DNA of 64,000 bases from Azolla caroliniana (lineage: Eukaryota > Plantae > Polypodiophyta). Both the position numbers and the translations under genes were made by a program. Location: NCBI GenBank assembly GCA_043228905.1, contig JBHGNT010000004.1, positions 15,314,001-15,378,000 of the forward strand. Direction: 5' to 3'. Below are positions 38,269-52,073 of the stretch, in pieces (the stretch's first letter is position 1; every line of letters starts with the position of its first letter). Below the pieces are notes generated by a model. It was not told the DNA's origin and did not search any database. It worked only from the letters and a program-made list of their open reading frames with translations.

Positions 38269-41200
38269 TTATGAAGGGGCAGCTTGTTGCAACTCACCTT
38301 GACCATGTGCGAAATGACAGCGACCACCATATGTGCAAGCTCCCTTAGGAAAATTTTCACATAGTTTCGATTTATAAGCATGAGTTCCAACACCTCCTGG
38401 TTTGATTGGGTGTACATTCTTGTTAGCAAGCATCTCTCGTACCATTGAACTAGCTTGTCCGATTTGATCAAAAGAACCTTGCATTTCCACGTTCTTTATA
38501 TTTGGATCAGATTCATGATCGCGGATGAAGAGCTTTGCACCAGTGGTACGAGAAATTGCCTTCAAATTTACTCCACCTTTTCCAATGATAAAGCCTGCAA
38601 TTGATGAGTTGATGCTTACATTCGCTGTCGAAATCGCTCCAAAAGCAGCCGCTGCAGATAGACCAGGAGGGGTTGGCTCCCTAAAACCTCTTAATGCAGC
38701 CCTATCCTCTGTTATGGTTCCAGTTCTTATTTTTCCTACTTGAGATTGATTACTTGTGCTAGGAAGTGCTTCTGATTTCTTCAACTCTTGCTCACCATGT
38801 GCAAAATGGCATTTTGGGCCAAAACGGCATCCCTCTGAACTCTCAAAGTTCTTGCATAATCGTGTCTTCAAACCTCCGGCTGTTGTCATTGATCCTTGTT
38901 CTCTAGAGGTAACTGATAATCCTTGAATTGAAAGGTCCTTTCGGGAACCCATAAATCCACTTCTATTGAAACTTGAGGTTGGAGATAGAGCAAGTGATGC
39001 CACACCACCAGGTACATAATGTGAGAAATGACAACTCTCTCCATATGGACATCCAGAGGTACTACAGTACAAAAAAAACTAGCCTCAGTCACCTAAAGGA
39101 GCTACGGAAGAATGTTGTGCCTTCAACACCTTATTACGAATATATCCAGGAGAACACAACATAAGGAAAATCCATGTTTTTGAGCATATAATATACAGCA
39201 CCATGTTATATACCATAGCAAATCGGTGCAAAGGGAACTTTGCAACCCTTCTTTTAGGTGTTTCATGGCGTTTCTCATAGCTTGAAAATCCAAGTATATT
39301 AAATATCCAGTTTTTCAATCAAAATATGGACTTTATGATCTCATTCCATTCATAATACTCATACAAGCTTTTCTCATAAATGGAAATACAAGATCACGTT
39401 CCATGAAACCAGCACCATGATGACATAAATTTAACATGAACCTCCATTCATAATACTCATTCAAGCTTTTCTCATAAATGGAAATACGAGATCACATTTC
39501 ATGAAACCAGCATTATAGTGACAACAAATTTAACATGAACCTGGATTCCCAAACTACACCTACTTGTATGCTCAGGTCGTCCGGTTACTTTAGTACAGAA
39601 TGTCTATGTGAACATAACTACAGAATGTTCAATACTCTGCAGATTAAAATATATTTGATTCCTTTTGAATAGGTGAGAGAATTGAAACCTGAAAAACTTG
39701 AGGCAAGCCTTTGAATTGCTTCCTATATTTGTTGCAAACGACTCCCTCTCTGCTTCAACACATATTTTTAGGTCTTAGTACTTTCGAGTTGAAATGTTAT
39801 GTTTGATTTTTAGACGAACTCATGATAATAAATGCCTCACCAAGTTACAGCCTGGAACACCTCAAAAACAAGGACTAATACATTTAGAAGCTGAGAAATA
39901 ACGCATCCAAGTCCAAGTTGATAGAACTGTGAGATATCTTCTACATGCTAATGTTGCATTAAATAAGATTAATACTTTACTCCATGTTTTATTCTCATAA
40001 AGCTTATCTACTTTGTTGTATGTAAGAGCTCCTAAACATGTTAGTTGTTTGCTTTAAAAAACTAGAACAACTTACATGTTACTTCATTCTTATCAACTTT
40101 ATCTCATTTGTAGAATCCATTAATAGATTAAATGTGAAGTTCTCCATATGCTCAATGTTTGTTTTACATATTTTGCATGACCTACATGTTATTTAACTCT
40201 CATTAATCTCATCTAGTATACGTCGAGTGAGAAACAATTATGTGAAACTCCCAACAACAGTTCCATTCACATCATTCCACTTCCTCTCTTAACATTTCAG
40301 AATTTTGAAGAACATACATCCAAATATAACGAATTCTTGGGAAGCAAATGAATAGAACCATCTGCGAAAACAGCCGTAGGCAATACAAAATGGTAAAACA
40401 TTTTTCTGGAATTCAAATAGCTACTAAATTCTTTGCACAGGTATACCATTAAGTTTCTTGTGTTTCGTATTATATCTAGAGTCTCCGGAGACCTCATATT
40501 CCCTAATCTATGATCGAGTCAGATATCAATTGAGTGGATGAGACAGGTTACATCCATCATATTGAATATTTCCCAAGAACTTGAAAAGCTTGTCTACCAA
40601 GAACAGCTATGGGTAGTGTCATATTTAGATAGTTTGCTGGTAAAGCTCCCTAACAGAGAATGTATGTTTTAATACATCTTAAGGCAACATCTGGCTTGAG
40701 TTATAGATAAATAACTTGTTCCCAAGGCAATATAGTGTGTGTGTGCAGTGCATATTGATAGGACAAGTAACAAATGGAGAGTGTGATGTATATTCTCTCT
40801 TAATAGGGTAAGAAAGTAACAAAGACGGTATATTTTCCCACGTTTTCTTTCAGGTTAAGCAATAAATCTGCAATATTCAATTGTATTCCATTGAATATTC
40901 AACTTTGAACAAACTTCAAAAATTTGCGTGATATATATTGTTGCCTGCTGTTTACAAACGGCATTTTTTCCAGCGGATTGGTTGTCAAGGTATACACTAA
41001 ACTACCGAATCTTCTCCCATAAAAAATTGAAAGAACTGAGACAAGTTGGCTTACCAAGACAACATCTGGATAGTCATATATATATAATACTTAAAGGTAT
41101 GCTTTTAAATTATTGGTTACCAAGATTAACACGGGCAATCAGTAATGCAAGGCATGTTTTCCAAAGGTCTGACGCCAAGGTAAACCAGGTAAATAGCCAA

Positions 41201-41854
41201 AGGCAAGGTTTGGAAATACTGGTTTTCACAACAAAGCGCTGTTTTTTAGCGAAGAAAACAAGACAAGCATCTGCTTTAATCCAAACGTGACAAAGAAAAA
41301 ATAAGAAATTGCACGAAGGTATACAGAAATAAAGCAATGGAGGATCCACGTTTCTGAAGCAAGAAAGTGAGATTTCCCTCCCGTACAGAATTCAGCGTCC
41401 TCATGCATGATTACGACAACAAAAGCAGATATAATATGAAAAAATGTGTACGAAGAAGGAGAAAAAGGAAGAAGAAAAAGAATATGGTGCTGGTGATGAA
41501 TCAAATCAGAAAAGAAGAATCGCATTCGAAAGTGCGCATACCCGAGGCATCATGCTGAGCTGAAGGTTCGAGAGAACGTTCGCAGGACGAAGCAGAAACA
41601 TTAATAGGTACAGAAACGATGGAGGAAGAAGATACAAGAGGATCAGAAGCAGAAACAGAAGAAGCGTCATGAATAACAACAGTTGTGGTAGTAGGAGGAG
41701 GAGGAGAGGGAGGAGTTGCTCCATTGGAGTAGCAGGCCTGATGATTCAAATGATGATGATCAGAATCAGTTCTCGATTTCTTGCAGAGCGGAGGCGGAGG
41801 ATCTGTTGTAGAAGTGGTAGCGGTAGTAGTAGAAGAAGTAATCTGCGACTCCAT
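38269..41854 (-). CDS. CCCH zinc-finger plus KH-domain RNA-binding protein (KHZ1/KHZ2-like); 3 exons
   Basis: Exons 41854-41542, 39749-39689 and 39061-38269 join in phase as ESFATNIGSNSKACLKFF|STSGCPYGESCHFSH. Two further CCCH fingers and a KH motif IIGKGG. Confidence 0.92.
39345..39541. repeat. ~98-bp tandem duplication in the KHZ-like intron
   Basis: TCCATTCATAATACTCAT...TTTAACATGAACC occurs twice. Confidence 0.85.
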
Positions 41855-41939
41855 AGCTAAAGTCTTGACGTATGAGAAGAGAAGAAGAAGAAAGCTGATG
41901 ATCGGTGATGAAAAGAAAGAAGTATGTAGAGGAAAGAAA

Positions 41940-42004
41940 AGAACGAAGAAGGGAAGGGGGGGGGGGGGGGGGGTTAAGCCTCCTTAACATACTTAACTTA
42001 CTAC

Positions 42005-42040
<36 letters not shown>

Positions 42041-42420
42041 GTGGAGTCTCAAGGAGGGCCGAAAAGAATAACGTTTAAGCCCTACTACTACTACTACTAC
42101 TACTTACTCTCAAGCACACACATACACATTGAGAGAAAGAGAGATAGAGACACAACGCACACAGAGAATGAAATGAATGAATGAAATTAATAATATATAG
42201 CCTTAGCCTTCTTTTGTCGTCATTGATGTTGTTGGGTGTGTTGTTGTCCATGTTTACTATATGTATGTATGCATTTACTAGTTAGAAGCAGTAGTAGTAG
42301 GTAGTATGTGAGCATTTGTATCTTCCCGACCGTGAAAGTGGCTCTTTGCATGTACATATAGTGTGTACATAATAGGGAGAAGGGAAGGGGGGGGGGGGGG
42401 GGGGGGGGGGGTCGGGTAAC
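41940..42420. repeat. Microsatellite and homopolymer cluster upstream of the KHZ-like gene
   Basis: Poly-G at ~41957-41973 and ~42387-42411, (TATC)n and (TAC)n. Similar SSR clusters lie near the ACR gene (30870-31410) and CCT (58930-59340). Confidence 0.85.
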
Positions 42421-43049
42421 AAAGGAAAATGTGGGCCATGCTTCTTCTTTACTTACTTTGACTCTCCTAATTCATTGTTTTTGCTAGTACCCAGTTGTCT
42501 CCCATGTTTTCTAGCTAGAGAGAGAAAATTCTCATTTTTTAATTATGTTTAAGTTCTTGAGGTATTGGAGGCTATGGTTCAATTTGAATATGCGGAATGC
42601 CTTCACTTTCAATTCACACAAGTTGGGGTGAGGAAATATGTAATAAAGTTAAAAGGGACTTCTTTTGTGGCAATTGACAAGTGTTATGGAATCTCAACTA
42701 TAAAGAGAGCCAATTGTACAAGGTGACATGTCATCATATTCATAATTTGAATGGATGTGTAGGGTGAGATTGGCTTTGTTGTACATGGTTTCCCAAAGCT
42801 CAACAATTTGTTTTAAGTTAGTCATGGTGATGTTGTTTCTTTTGTAATAAAAGGCATTATTTACACATGCACACAAATGTGGATTTTATCATTGTCTTTG
42901 GATGTGTGATATGTCCTATGAGACCCAAAAACATTATAGTTCACATATTACATGTGAAAGTGAGCAGTGGGTTTCGATTTTCAAGGACTTTACCAATGAA
43001 GGTTGCAATCAAGAGTGCACATTGTCATTGTGAGAAATTCGTGCAATGA

Positions 43050-43732
43050 TTAGGTTTGGTCAAAGATGTGTGGAACACATAGTTGAATGTAATCAAAGAT
43101 AGAACATTGTATCAAAGTGTGCATAGTCAACTATAATCACCACTTTTGTCCCAATGCCCCGTCTCACATCCTAGTGCACGTGAGCTAAGTCACACCGAAG
43201 CAATGGTCCGTATGATATATAATAATATGGGTTGTAACATATATTGATGTGTGCATTTTCTCTATTCGGCGAAGAATATGGTTTTGTAGTTAGATGCCAC
43301 ATATGTACAGTAATGTATGAAGCGTGAGCCTTCACATTTTTCCCATGTTTTGATACATTGGCATTGCAAAAAGGTCTCACTTAGGAATCTAGTGATGCGT
43401 CTTGAAACAAGTGTGTTGCATCCCATATTCCAAACCATTTATCCATATCTTGCGTTCAACTAGAAAACAATTTTTTGCTTATATGTGTCTTTTGGATCTT
43501 TTTGCTTGCTTCCCATGCAATTCTAAGAAGTCAATGTGAGGGACTTTTTTAAACCTTGTGTATGTATTCGACAACCCTTTCCATGGCCATGATCTCAATG
43601 GGAGGTGATCCCGTCTCAAGAAAGAAGTAGAATGGTGTATGGCCATGTTTCTTGATTTGGAAAAACTTTTGTAAGAAAATGCTTTTGGAAAGTTTCACAC
43701 TCTTTCCAACTAGACTTACGGATGCTACCTCC
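43050..43732 (-). mobile_element. Decayed RTE-X-like LINE fragment
   Basis: Minus-strand remnants GGSIRKSSWKECETFQKHFL, LETGSPPIEIMAMERVVEY, LGCETGHW and HTLIQC; frameshifted. Confidence 0.65.
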
Positions 43733-45889
43733 TGTTGAGCGAGCAAGCTCAACATGATCCGGATCGGCTAAATAAGCCAAGAGCCGGATCAGTGTTCGGA
43801 TCTGAGTGTAATCGGTAGATCGTTCGAGTCCTACGATCCTGGCCTAGTATGTTGGCATATTTTTAGGAGTTAGTGTCAGTCGCTTGGTACGAGCATTGAA
43901 GTACATGTCAGTACTTCTGTCAGTCCTTTAAGGACTTGTATAAAAGTGCTCACTGAGCACATTGTATGTAGAGAGTGTTCATTATTTTTTAATTGAGGTT
44001 TACTGTTCAGCTCTCTCTGTGTATTCTTGTCGCTTCCATTAAACCTGCACATATTTTCTGTTGATATCTGGTGAAGTCGGTTTTTTCTATGAGCTTCCGC
44101 ACGTAACTCTTTTCATGGTATTAGAGGGCAAGGGTTGAAAATCCTCTGCTACCGACAGAAAGTGCTAAGTAGACAAGCATACCTAACATCCGGAAAAGAA
44201 CATGCCGAAGAAAGAATGGACAGAGGCATGGCTAGCTCGTTACCAACGGAGAAGCTCGACTGAAATAACTATGCATCTTGGTCATACAAGATGTACCAGT
44301 ACCTGCTCAGACACGGATACTGGAGCTATGCCGAGGGAGAGAATGAAGTAGTGTCGGAGCCGACACATAATGACTTCCCGGCATGGGAGCAAGGAGCGGG
44401 TAGAGTATTATATTGCCTCATGTCTTGTGTGCACGATTAGATGCTCGACTACATCAAGGATGCAAAAGCGCTGAAAGAAGCTTGGGAAAATCTGAAGAAG
44501 ATTTTCGTGGCAAGCACCACAACCCAGAAGTTGCATCTCTGACAAGAGCTCAACAACATCAGACAACGGGATATGTCAGTTACCGACTATATCACCAAAA
44601 TAAAGGAGATTTGCAACGCGCTGGGTCCATCAACGTGACGGTGGACGAAGATGAGATGGTCAAGGATGCAAAAGCGCCGAAAGAAGCCTGGGAAAAATTG
44701 AAGAAGATTTTCGTGGCAAGCACCACGGCCCGAAAGTTGCATCTCTAACAAGACCTCAACAACATCAGACAACAGGATATGTTAGTTACCGACTATATCA
44801 CCAAAATAAAGGAGATTGTCAACGCGCTAGGTCCATCAACGTGATGGTGGACGAAGATGAGATGGTCCAGATCTGCCTAGGTGGTTTAGCGTAAAGGTAT
44901 GGGCCTATCAAGATGGCAATTTGCACTTGAGAGAAGCCACCGTCCTTCTTTGACTTGCAATTGATGCTGATGGTCGAAGAAAACCATGCGAGTGGGTCAA
45001 GGACCACTCAATTGGATAGTCGGATGATGTACATAGAGGCGGATCGGCCCCATGGGTGTGGAGGACACGGTGGATCGGCACGCAACAGTGGCGGCTAACA
45101 AGAGCAAAATCGGAGGCACATATATAGTGCCGACAACAGTTCGAGCAGTTCCGGACCCTCCACGAGCAGGGGGAGTCAAGGTGGTGCTGAAAATCGGCAA
45201 TCGAAAGCCGATATGAAATGCTGGTATTGTGGCAAGAAAGGCCACCGAGAAAACGAGTACCTGAAGAAACGCGCTGATTCAAATAAATCCAGATCTAGCA
45301 ATGCCAAACAAGGGATTCAGAAGAGTTCACACTATGCAGAAGGATCAGAAGGATTCGGAACCGGAAAGACTGGAAAAGGGCTAGCTTTCGTGATGAAACA
45401 CAAGGCGAACTTGATGAAGAAGATCACTTCCGAATCGGAGGAAGTGTGGTATGTTGACTCTGGGGCGTCAAACCATATGACGAGCCATGAGGAGTGGTTC
45501 TCGTACTTAGAGAAACCAGAGCAATCAGGAGTTGTCAAAATCGGAGACGACACCCCTCACCCGATCAAACATGTTGGAGAATTCCCCTTAAGTCATGTCG
45601 GACAAAACGGGAAGTTGATGAACGTATTACATGTTTTGACAATTACGAAGAACTTGGTGTCAGTCGGATAGATCGTCGACCAAGGGATGCAAGTACGATT
45701 CACACATCTTGGGTGCTTCACCAAGGAAGAAGGTGAGATCATCACACAAGGGCGTCGGGATGGGAGGATGTTTATCCTCAACACCAACGATGTCGATAGA
45801 ATACGTGTGCGGAAGCATATGTGAAAGACACAGAGTACACGGTTCAGAAGTATGACAGGTCGGTAAAACGCATAAATCACAGAGAAGGA

Positions 45890-45922
<33 letters not shown>

Positions 45923-48900
45923 CAGAACGAAAACTATATTAAAAAATAATTCTCTGTATGTTCTCTGTATATACTTTGTGCTCAGTGAGCACCTTTTATA
46001 CTAGCCTTGATTATTGGGCTGACACAAGTACTTACAATACTTGATCGCTCATAAATGAGCATCCTACACTTACTCCCAAAATTATTCCCTACGAGGAATA
46101 ATGTTCTAACGGCCTCTCGGTTTATACACCGCTACGGCCATATTGTGCGTACAGTTTTACGCACCCAGTCTATGCACATTGGGTTACCCACCCACGCATC
46201 CAATGTTGAACTTGTCTCTCAACAATCCTCAACACCAACAATGTCGACACCACTTTATTCACAAAAAGACAGAAGGTCGAGTCAGATATCGACTTATGGC
46301 ATAAGCGGATCAGCCATGTCAATTATCAAAGGCTTCAAGACTTGCAGTCGAAACAGGTTGTATTCGGACTGCCGAAGTTTAGTGGCCAGAAGGCCCAAAT
46401 TTGTGAAGCATGCTAGCTAGGGAACCAACACCGACTTCCATTCCCCAACGAGCGAAACCGGATCCGGAACAAGCTCATCATGATACATTCATATGTATGG
46501 GGACCGACACAGAATGTTAGTCTTGGTGGGAGTCGATATTTCTTCTCCTTCATCGATGACTACAACCGGCACACGTGGATCTATCTCATTGAGAAGAAAA
46601 GCGAGGTCTTCGACTATTTCTAGAACCTGCAATGTCTTGTCGAATGGGAAAGAGTATTTTTCCAGCCAATTCAACATCTATCTACAACAGAAGGGAATTC
46701 AACGAGAATTCAGTTGTAGGTATACGCCGGAACAAAATGGTGTAGCTGAGAGGAAGAACTTATCAAATGTAGAAGCGGCAAGGGCAATGCTGGAGGAGAA
46801 GAGCATGCCCAAGTTCTACTGGGCTGAAGCGGTCCGAACGGCCGTCTACATCTAAAATCGAATCGGTGAGAAGGTGTCAACACACGAGCTGTATTTCGGG
46901 CAGAAGCCGAATTTACGACACCCGAGGATATTCAATAGCATTGCCTATGTGCATGTGCCCGATGAGAAGAGGAGGAAGTTGGATCCAAAGTTGGAGAAAT
47001 GCATACTGGTCGGCCACTCACATGAACAGAAGGGGTATAAGTGTTATAACCCCCAGACCAAACAAGTTCGAGTGAGCTGAGATGTCGAATTCAATGAGTC
47101 GGCATTATGGTACTCTTTACCAAATCCGACCCCCAACAACTCCGACCATTCGACTCCTGAGGATGAGGCCAGTGAGCCCGACATGATCCGTGCAGAAGAA
47201 GAAGAAGAAGAGTTCGGTACTCTAGACGAGAGTCTGATCTCATTTCGGCTGAGTGGGCCGAATGAGCGACTGAGTCGGAACGACCACCCGACGAGTAGTG
47301 GAGACTTGGTTGTGATGTCCTCATGCAAGAACCGAGGAGACGATGCCAAAATATGACACCGATAGAGACGAGTCAAATCAGAGCGAATCCGACTCCGGAT
47401 AGAACGAAGACAGACCTCCAGAGACGAAGTCCAAGTCGGGCAAGAGGGCCCATAAATCAGCTAAGGAAAAGTTACGTCTATTGACCCGCCAAAAGAATTC
47501 CGTAAAATGGTAGGGGTATAATGAATACAAAGCGCATCACTATGCATACATGACGAAAGTGGTGGAAGTGCGTGCGCTGGAGAGCTACGCAAAAGTGGCA
47601 AAAGACGTGAATTGGCGTGCTACGATGGAGGAAGAAATGCGGGCACTCAATGCCAACGACACATGGGACCTGGTTGACCCTCCACAACACTGTAAACTGA
47701 TCGGCTGCAATTGGGTATCCAAGGTAAAATATAATGCCGACGGCTTGATCAACCGGTACAAGGCCCAGTTAGTGGTGAAGGATATGCACAGACCCATGGA
47801 ATCGACTATGAAGAGACCTTTGCTCCGGTAGTGAAGATGACGATGGTTTGTGTGGTGCTGGCAATTGTTGTGGCAAGGGGGTGGCATCTTCACCAAATGG
47901 ACATGAGGAATGCGTTTCTTCAAGGCGACCTTGAAGAACAAGTCTATATGATCCAGCCCCCCTAATTGCAGTTGGAGATGAACAAGTCAGAAGGGTGCCG
48001 ACTGAAGAAGTCACTTTATGGCCTAAAGCAAGCCCCACATGCTTGGAACTCAAAGATCACGCACCGGTTGCGTAAGAAGGGGTTTGCGGCCTCAAAGTTT
48101 GACCCTTCACTATTCATCTAGAAGGGTTCGAACGGTCCGATGTGCATTATGCTATATGTCGACGACTTGGTCGCCCGACCTCCCTGAAATTGGTCGAGTG
48201 AAGTCCCAACTGTCGGAAGCATTCGAAATGAAGGACCCGGGGGACCTTCTTTACTTCCTCGGGATCGAAGTGATCAACACCCCCGACGGCATATTGTTGT
48301 CACAATGACACTATGTATTGAATATGTTGTACAAATTTGGCCTTACCGAATGACGACCAGTCTCCACAACCTTGGACCGGAATCTCAAATTACGTCCCGA
48401 CTCCGGACTGGCCTACAACGAGAAACGGTTCCGACAAATTGTCGGAAGCCTTATATATCTCACTATCACCCAACTGGACATCAACTATCCGTTCGAGAAG
48501 ATTAGTCAGTTTATACAACGACCGACCATCAATCACCTTCACTGCACGCATCGACTATTGCGATATGTGAGTGGCACTAAGGGTCGGGGACTGTTATATC
48601 GCCACGGTATAACCGAAAAGTTCGTTGGTTATATAGATGCCGATTGGGCCGGTGACACTTCGAATTGTCGGTCAACATCCGGTTTCATGTTCTCTCTTGG
48701 TAGCGCGGTTGTTGCATGGAGCGGCAAGAAGCAACCAACAATGGCTTTGTCGAGCACTGAGGCCGAGTACCGTGGACCTACCGTCGTGACCTATGAGGCC
48801 ATATGGCTTCGGCGGCTGCTGCAAGACCCCCGGATCGAAGTACCGACTCCGATCTAGATCTACTGCGACAACATTAGTAGTATGCAACTCGCCAAGAACC

Positions 48901-49534
48901 CTGTGTTCCATGCTCAGACGAAGCACATAGAAGTGCATTATCACTTTGTGTGCGAGCGGGTTATGAGAGGTGAAGTCAAACTCTAGCATGTTCGCATGGA
49001 TCGGCAGGTGTCCAACATCTTCACCAAGCCACTCGGATCAGACAAGTTGCAACACTTTTCGAAGATGCTTGGGATACAACATCTCGACATGACGCACTTG
49101 AGGGGGAGAACCGGAACAAGAACCAGAGAAACAGGTAAAGGCAACGAAGAAGCATCCGGTAAAGAGGAGGAAAAGACCAAAACAAGGGAAGACAAGAAGA
49201 AAAAGGGAGCTGAGTCGACTGAAGAAGTTGGCACAAGAAAAAGTCGGAATGTGGGGCGATGGCGATAGAGTCAAGAAGGACAGAGCGGACTGGAAGAAGA
49301 AGGCCAAGACCCAGACATGGTCTGATGTGGTAAAGGGCCTAAAGACTGAGGATTAATTGGAGACAACCAATTCAGACAATAGCAAGAACGAATCAGAGGC
49401 AACTGATTCAGAGGAGCCGAAACAACTGAAGGCCAAACGGACGAGAAGGCAGCGGAAGTCGACGCGACACGGAGGAACCAATGGGTCGAGAAGCGCCAGA
49501 GTCATAGGAGGGAAGGAACTAAGATGGGCCTTAT
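43733..49534 (+). mobile_element. Ty1/Copia element B (same family as A), degenerate; 5' LTR 43733-44115, 3' LTR missing
   Basis: LTR TGTTGAG...TTTTCA followed by PBS TGGTATTAGAG. gag from ~44217; CWYCGKKGH knuckle; YVDSGASNHMT; integrase, RT, RNase H and C-terminal tail. 206-bp tandem duplication at 44455-44866. Confidence 0.9.
45797..46224 (-). mobile_element. Solo LTR of the Copia A subfamily, inverted, flanked by a 23-bp duplication
   Basis: Reverse-complement match to 29514-29935; flanks ATCCTCAACACCAAC(G/A)ATGTCGA. Confidence 0.88.
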
Positions 49535-52073
49535 TGTTGGCAGGTGGCTGGAGTATGAAAGACAAGTGGGGGGGACGAGTAGGAAGCGAAAATTAAGTGA
49601 TGAATATTAGTTATTAATGAGTTAGATTTATAATAGGAACGGACGGATCGGGACCGATTCGTAGCCTGCTGTTGGTATGGCACCGTTTTGTAATAAGAGC
49701 CGGATACCTATAAAAGGATCTGAAGAACACTTTATTAAAGGACAAAATTAATATAAGTAGAATTGTCTTTGAGATTATTGTGTATCTATGTACCTTCTGT
49801 TCTGTGCTTATTGTCTTATCTTACGCGTGTAATCAATCTGGGTGTGTTCATAATCCGGAACCGATCCAGAACCAGTAAAATAATGTGATATTTGTGTCGG
49901 AAGCATTCACCCCGTAACCACCCCTTTGGTGAAGTGATCCGGATGGACACCCTGTGTTAGTGGCTAGTCTAGCCTAGGATTAACATAGTTTTGGCGACCA
50001 TGATTCCTGCAGAGCGCAGTGAACATCGGGGAATGGATGATTAGACCAACAAACGATCTAGTTGCCGAACGAGCCGAGAGACTGTAGAGGTGGGCGAGCG
50101 GTTGAGGAGATCCGGCAGGACTGGTCTTTTCCTAGAACGATTCGGTGGGTCGTGGAGGAGTCACTCCGGTTGCAGAACCAACAATATACTGACGAAGGCA
50201 GTAGCCTGAGCAGTTTACGACAGGCAGAATCGATACTGCAAACCCTCGCCACAGGTGCCGGAGAATCGGAAGCTTTTCCAACTTGGAGTCGGAATCGGAC
50301 AATGAGCACATCGTGTAGTCAAATTATCGAAGCAATCACGACACCCCAATCACAACACCCCGGACAATCCGGAGGAAGATGGTTCGGAGCACACACCAAC
50401 ACCGGAAGCAGACACAACCTTACCCACACCAGCGGGCCACGAAACAAACCAAGACCACCAGTTGGAGAAAACAGCCGAGTGTGTATCAACATCACCACCG
50501 GATCTACAATTCGAGAAAACGAACGATCGCATACCGACGCCACTACCGAACCCGAAGGTGGAGAAAGAAAAGGTTCGGACACCGGCATCACCCCCAGTAC
50601 TACCCTTCGACGATGACACCATGCCATACCCATACCTAAAGTACCGGGACGAACCGGACGCAGAGACGCACGTATATGCTTTTCTACAGACATGGGAAGC
50701 AAACCATATCTTGCAACGGTTGACAAAAGTAGAGGTCGAATGATCAAAGATAGCGGAATTCAAGATGACATTGGAGGGACTAGCAGCAAAGTGGCACAAA
50801 AAGCACCTCCCCAGGAGCTTCGCCACATTCGAAGCCTTGTAGGATAAATTCCTGCAGTTGTTTCACCGAAAGGTGGAGCAAAGAGAGCTAGTCTGCCAAT
50901 TCTATACGGTTTACCAGGGACCCAATGAGACAATCTCACAATTCATGATCCGTTTCCAGACATTGCACAACGAGTTGACAAGGGCATCTCCGGAGGACGA
51001 GGCAAAAGCGATCTTCCTGGCCACACTCTGGGAACCGCTACGAACGATGTTGACGGTATTCGACTTCCGGACAAGCACCATTGATGAAGTGGTCAACCGG
51101 GTGCTAGATATGGATAGGGCCAAGAATAGCAATCACATGGCGATGCGAGCTCTACAACGAGCTCTATCCAGAGAAGAGGACTTGCAGTTTCGACAGGCAG
51201 TCCAATGTACAACGTGTCTCAACCCTGGTCACTCGACATTAGAATGCACGATGCAGACATACTGCATGTTGTGCCACTCCCGGTCCCACACCATGGACCG
51301 GTGTGAGTACAACCTGCTCAATCGGCAAGCGTCACTGGTCCGCCACATGGAGCACTAGAGCGAGTAACAACTGGAAGAGGAACGTTTCCAGAGGGAAGAA
51401 CGATATCGACCAAAACAAAGGGACCGGTACGACGACAAAAGACTAGAGGACTACGACGGAAACCGCAACTACTGGCGAGGGAGAGACTACAATCAAGAGC
51501 GTTGTTATCGCGATTACTCCCCAGATTATGATCGAAAAAGAGAAGATAGAAGGTACTACCCAGAACGATGGGGGTACTCGGATCAGGATAGACAATGCCC
51601 AGTATGCCAAGGGCACCGGAACCACCACCGCCACACCCATAAAGGAAAGCATCGCCGAGAAGAATGTTGGGAACCAGCCAGAGAATACCAACGGGAGATG
51701 AATACAGGAACAACAGTCCCAACCCCGAAACTGGAGCAACGGAGGCCGGAAGAAACCAACCGAATGAATTCTAGTATTAAGCCGGGAATGATGGAAAAAG
51801 GAGAATCAAGTAATAACCGGAGGGTGTACTGCTACTACTATCGAAAGGAAGGACATTGCAGTAGCCAGTGCCTAGTCAAATCTATGGAGAAGTAGCTGGG
51901 GGTAAACATAGTGACCTCAGAAGTGATGAAGGTTCAACAAGTCACAACAAGATCCAAAGGAAAAGAGGACGAGTGGGAGACCCATGAGGCCATGAGGAAG
52001 CAAGCCACCGAATGGATACAAAAAGCAAATGAACGAAACATGGCCGAAGTGAAAGAACAGATCCAGCCTCTCG
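49535..52073 (+). mobile_element. Non-chromoviral Gypsy (Tat/Athila-like), 5' part: LTR 49535-49985, PBS, degenerate gag
   Basis: TGTTGG...TTAACA then TTTTGGCGACCA; gag-like YQGPNETISQFMIRFQTL and CX2CX4HX4C knuckles. Confidence 0.75.
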
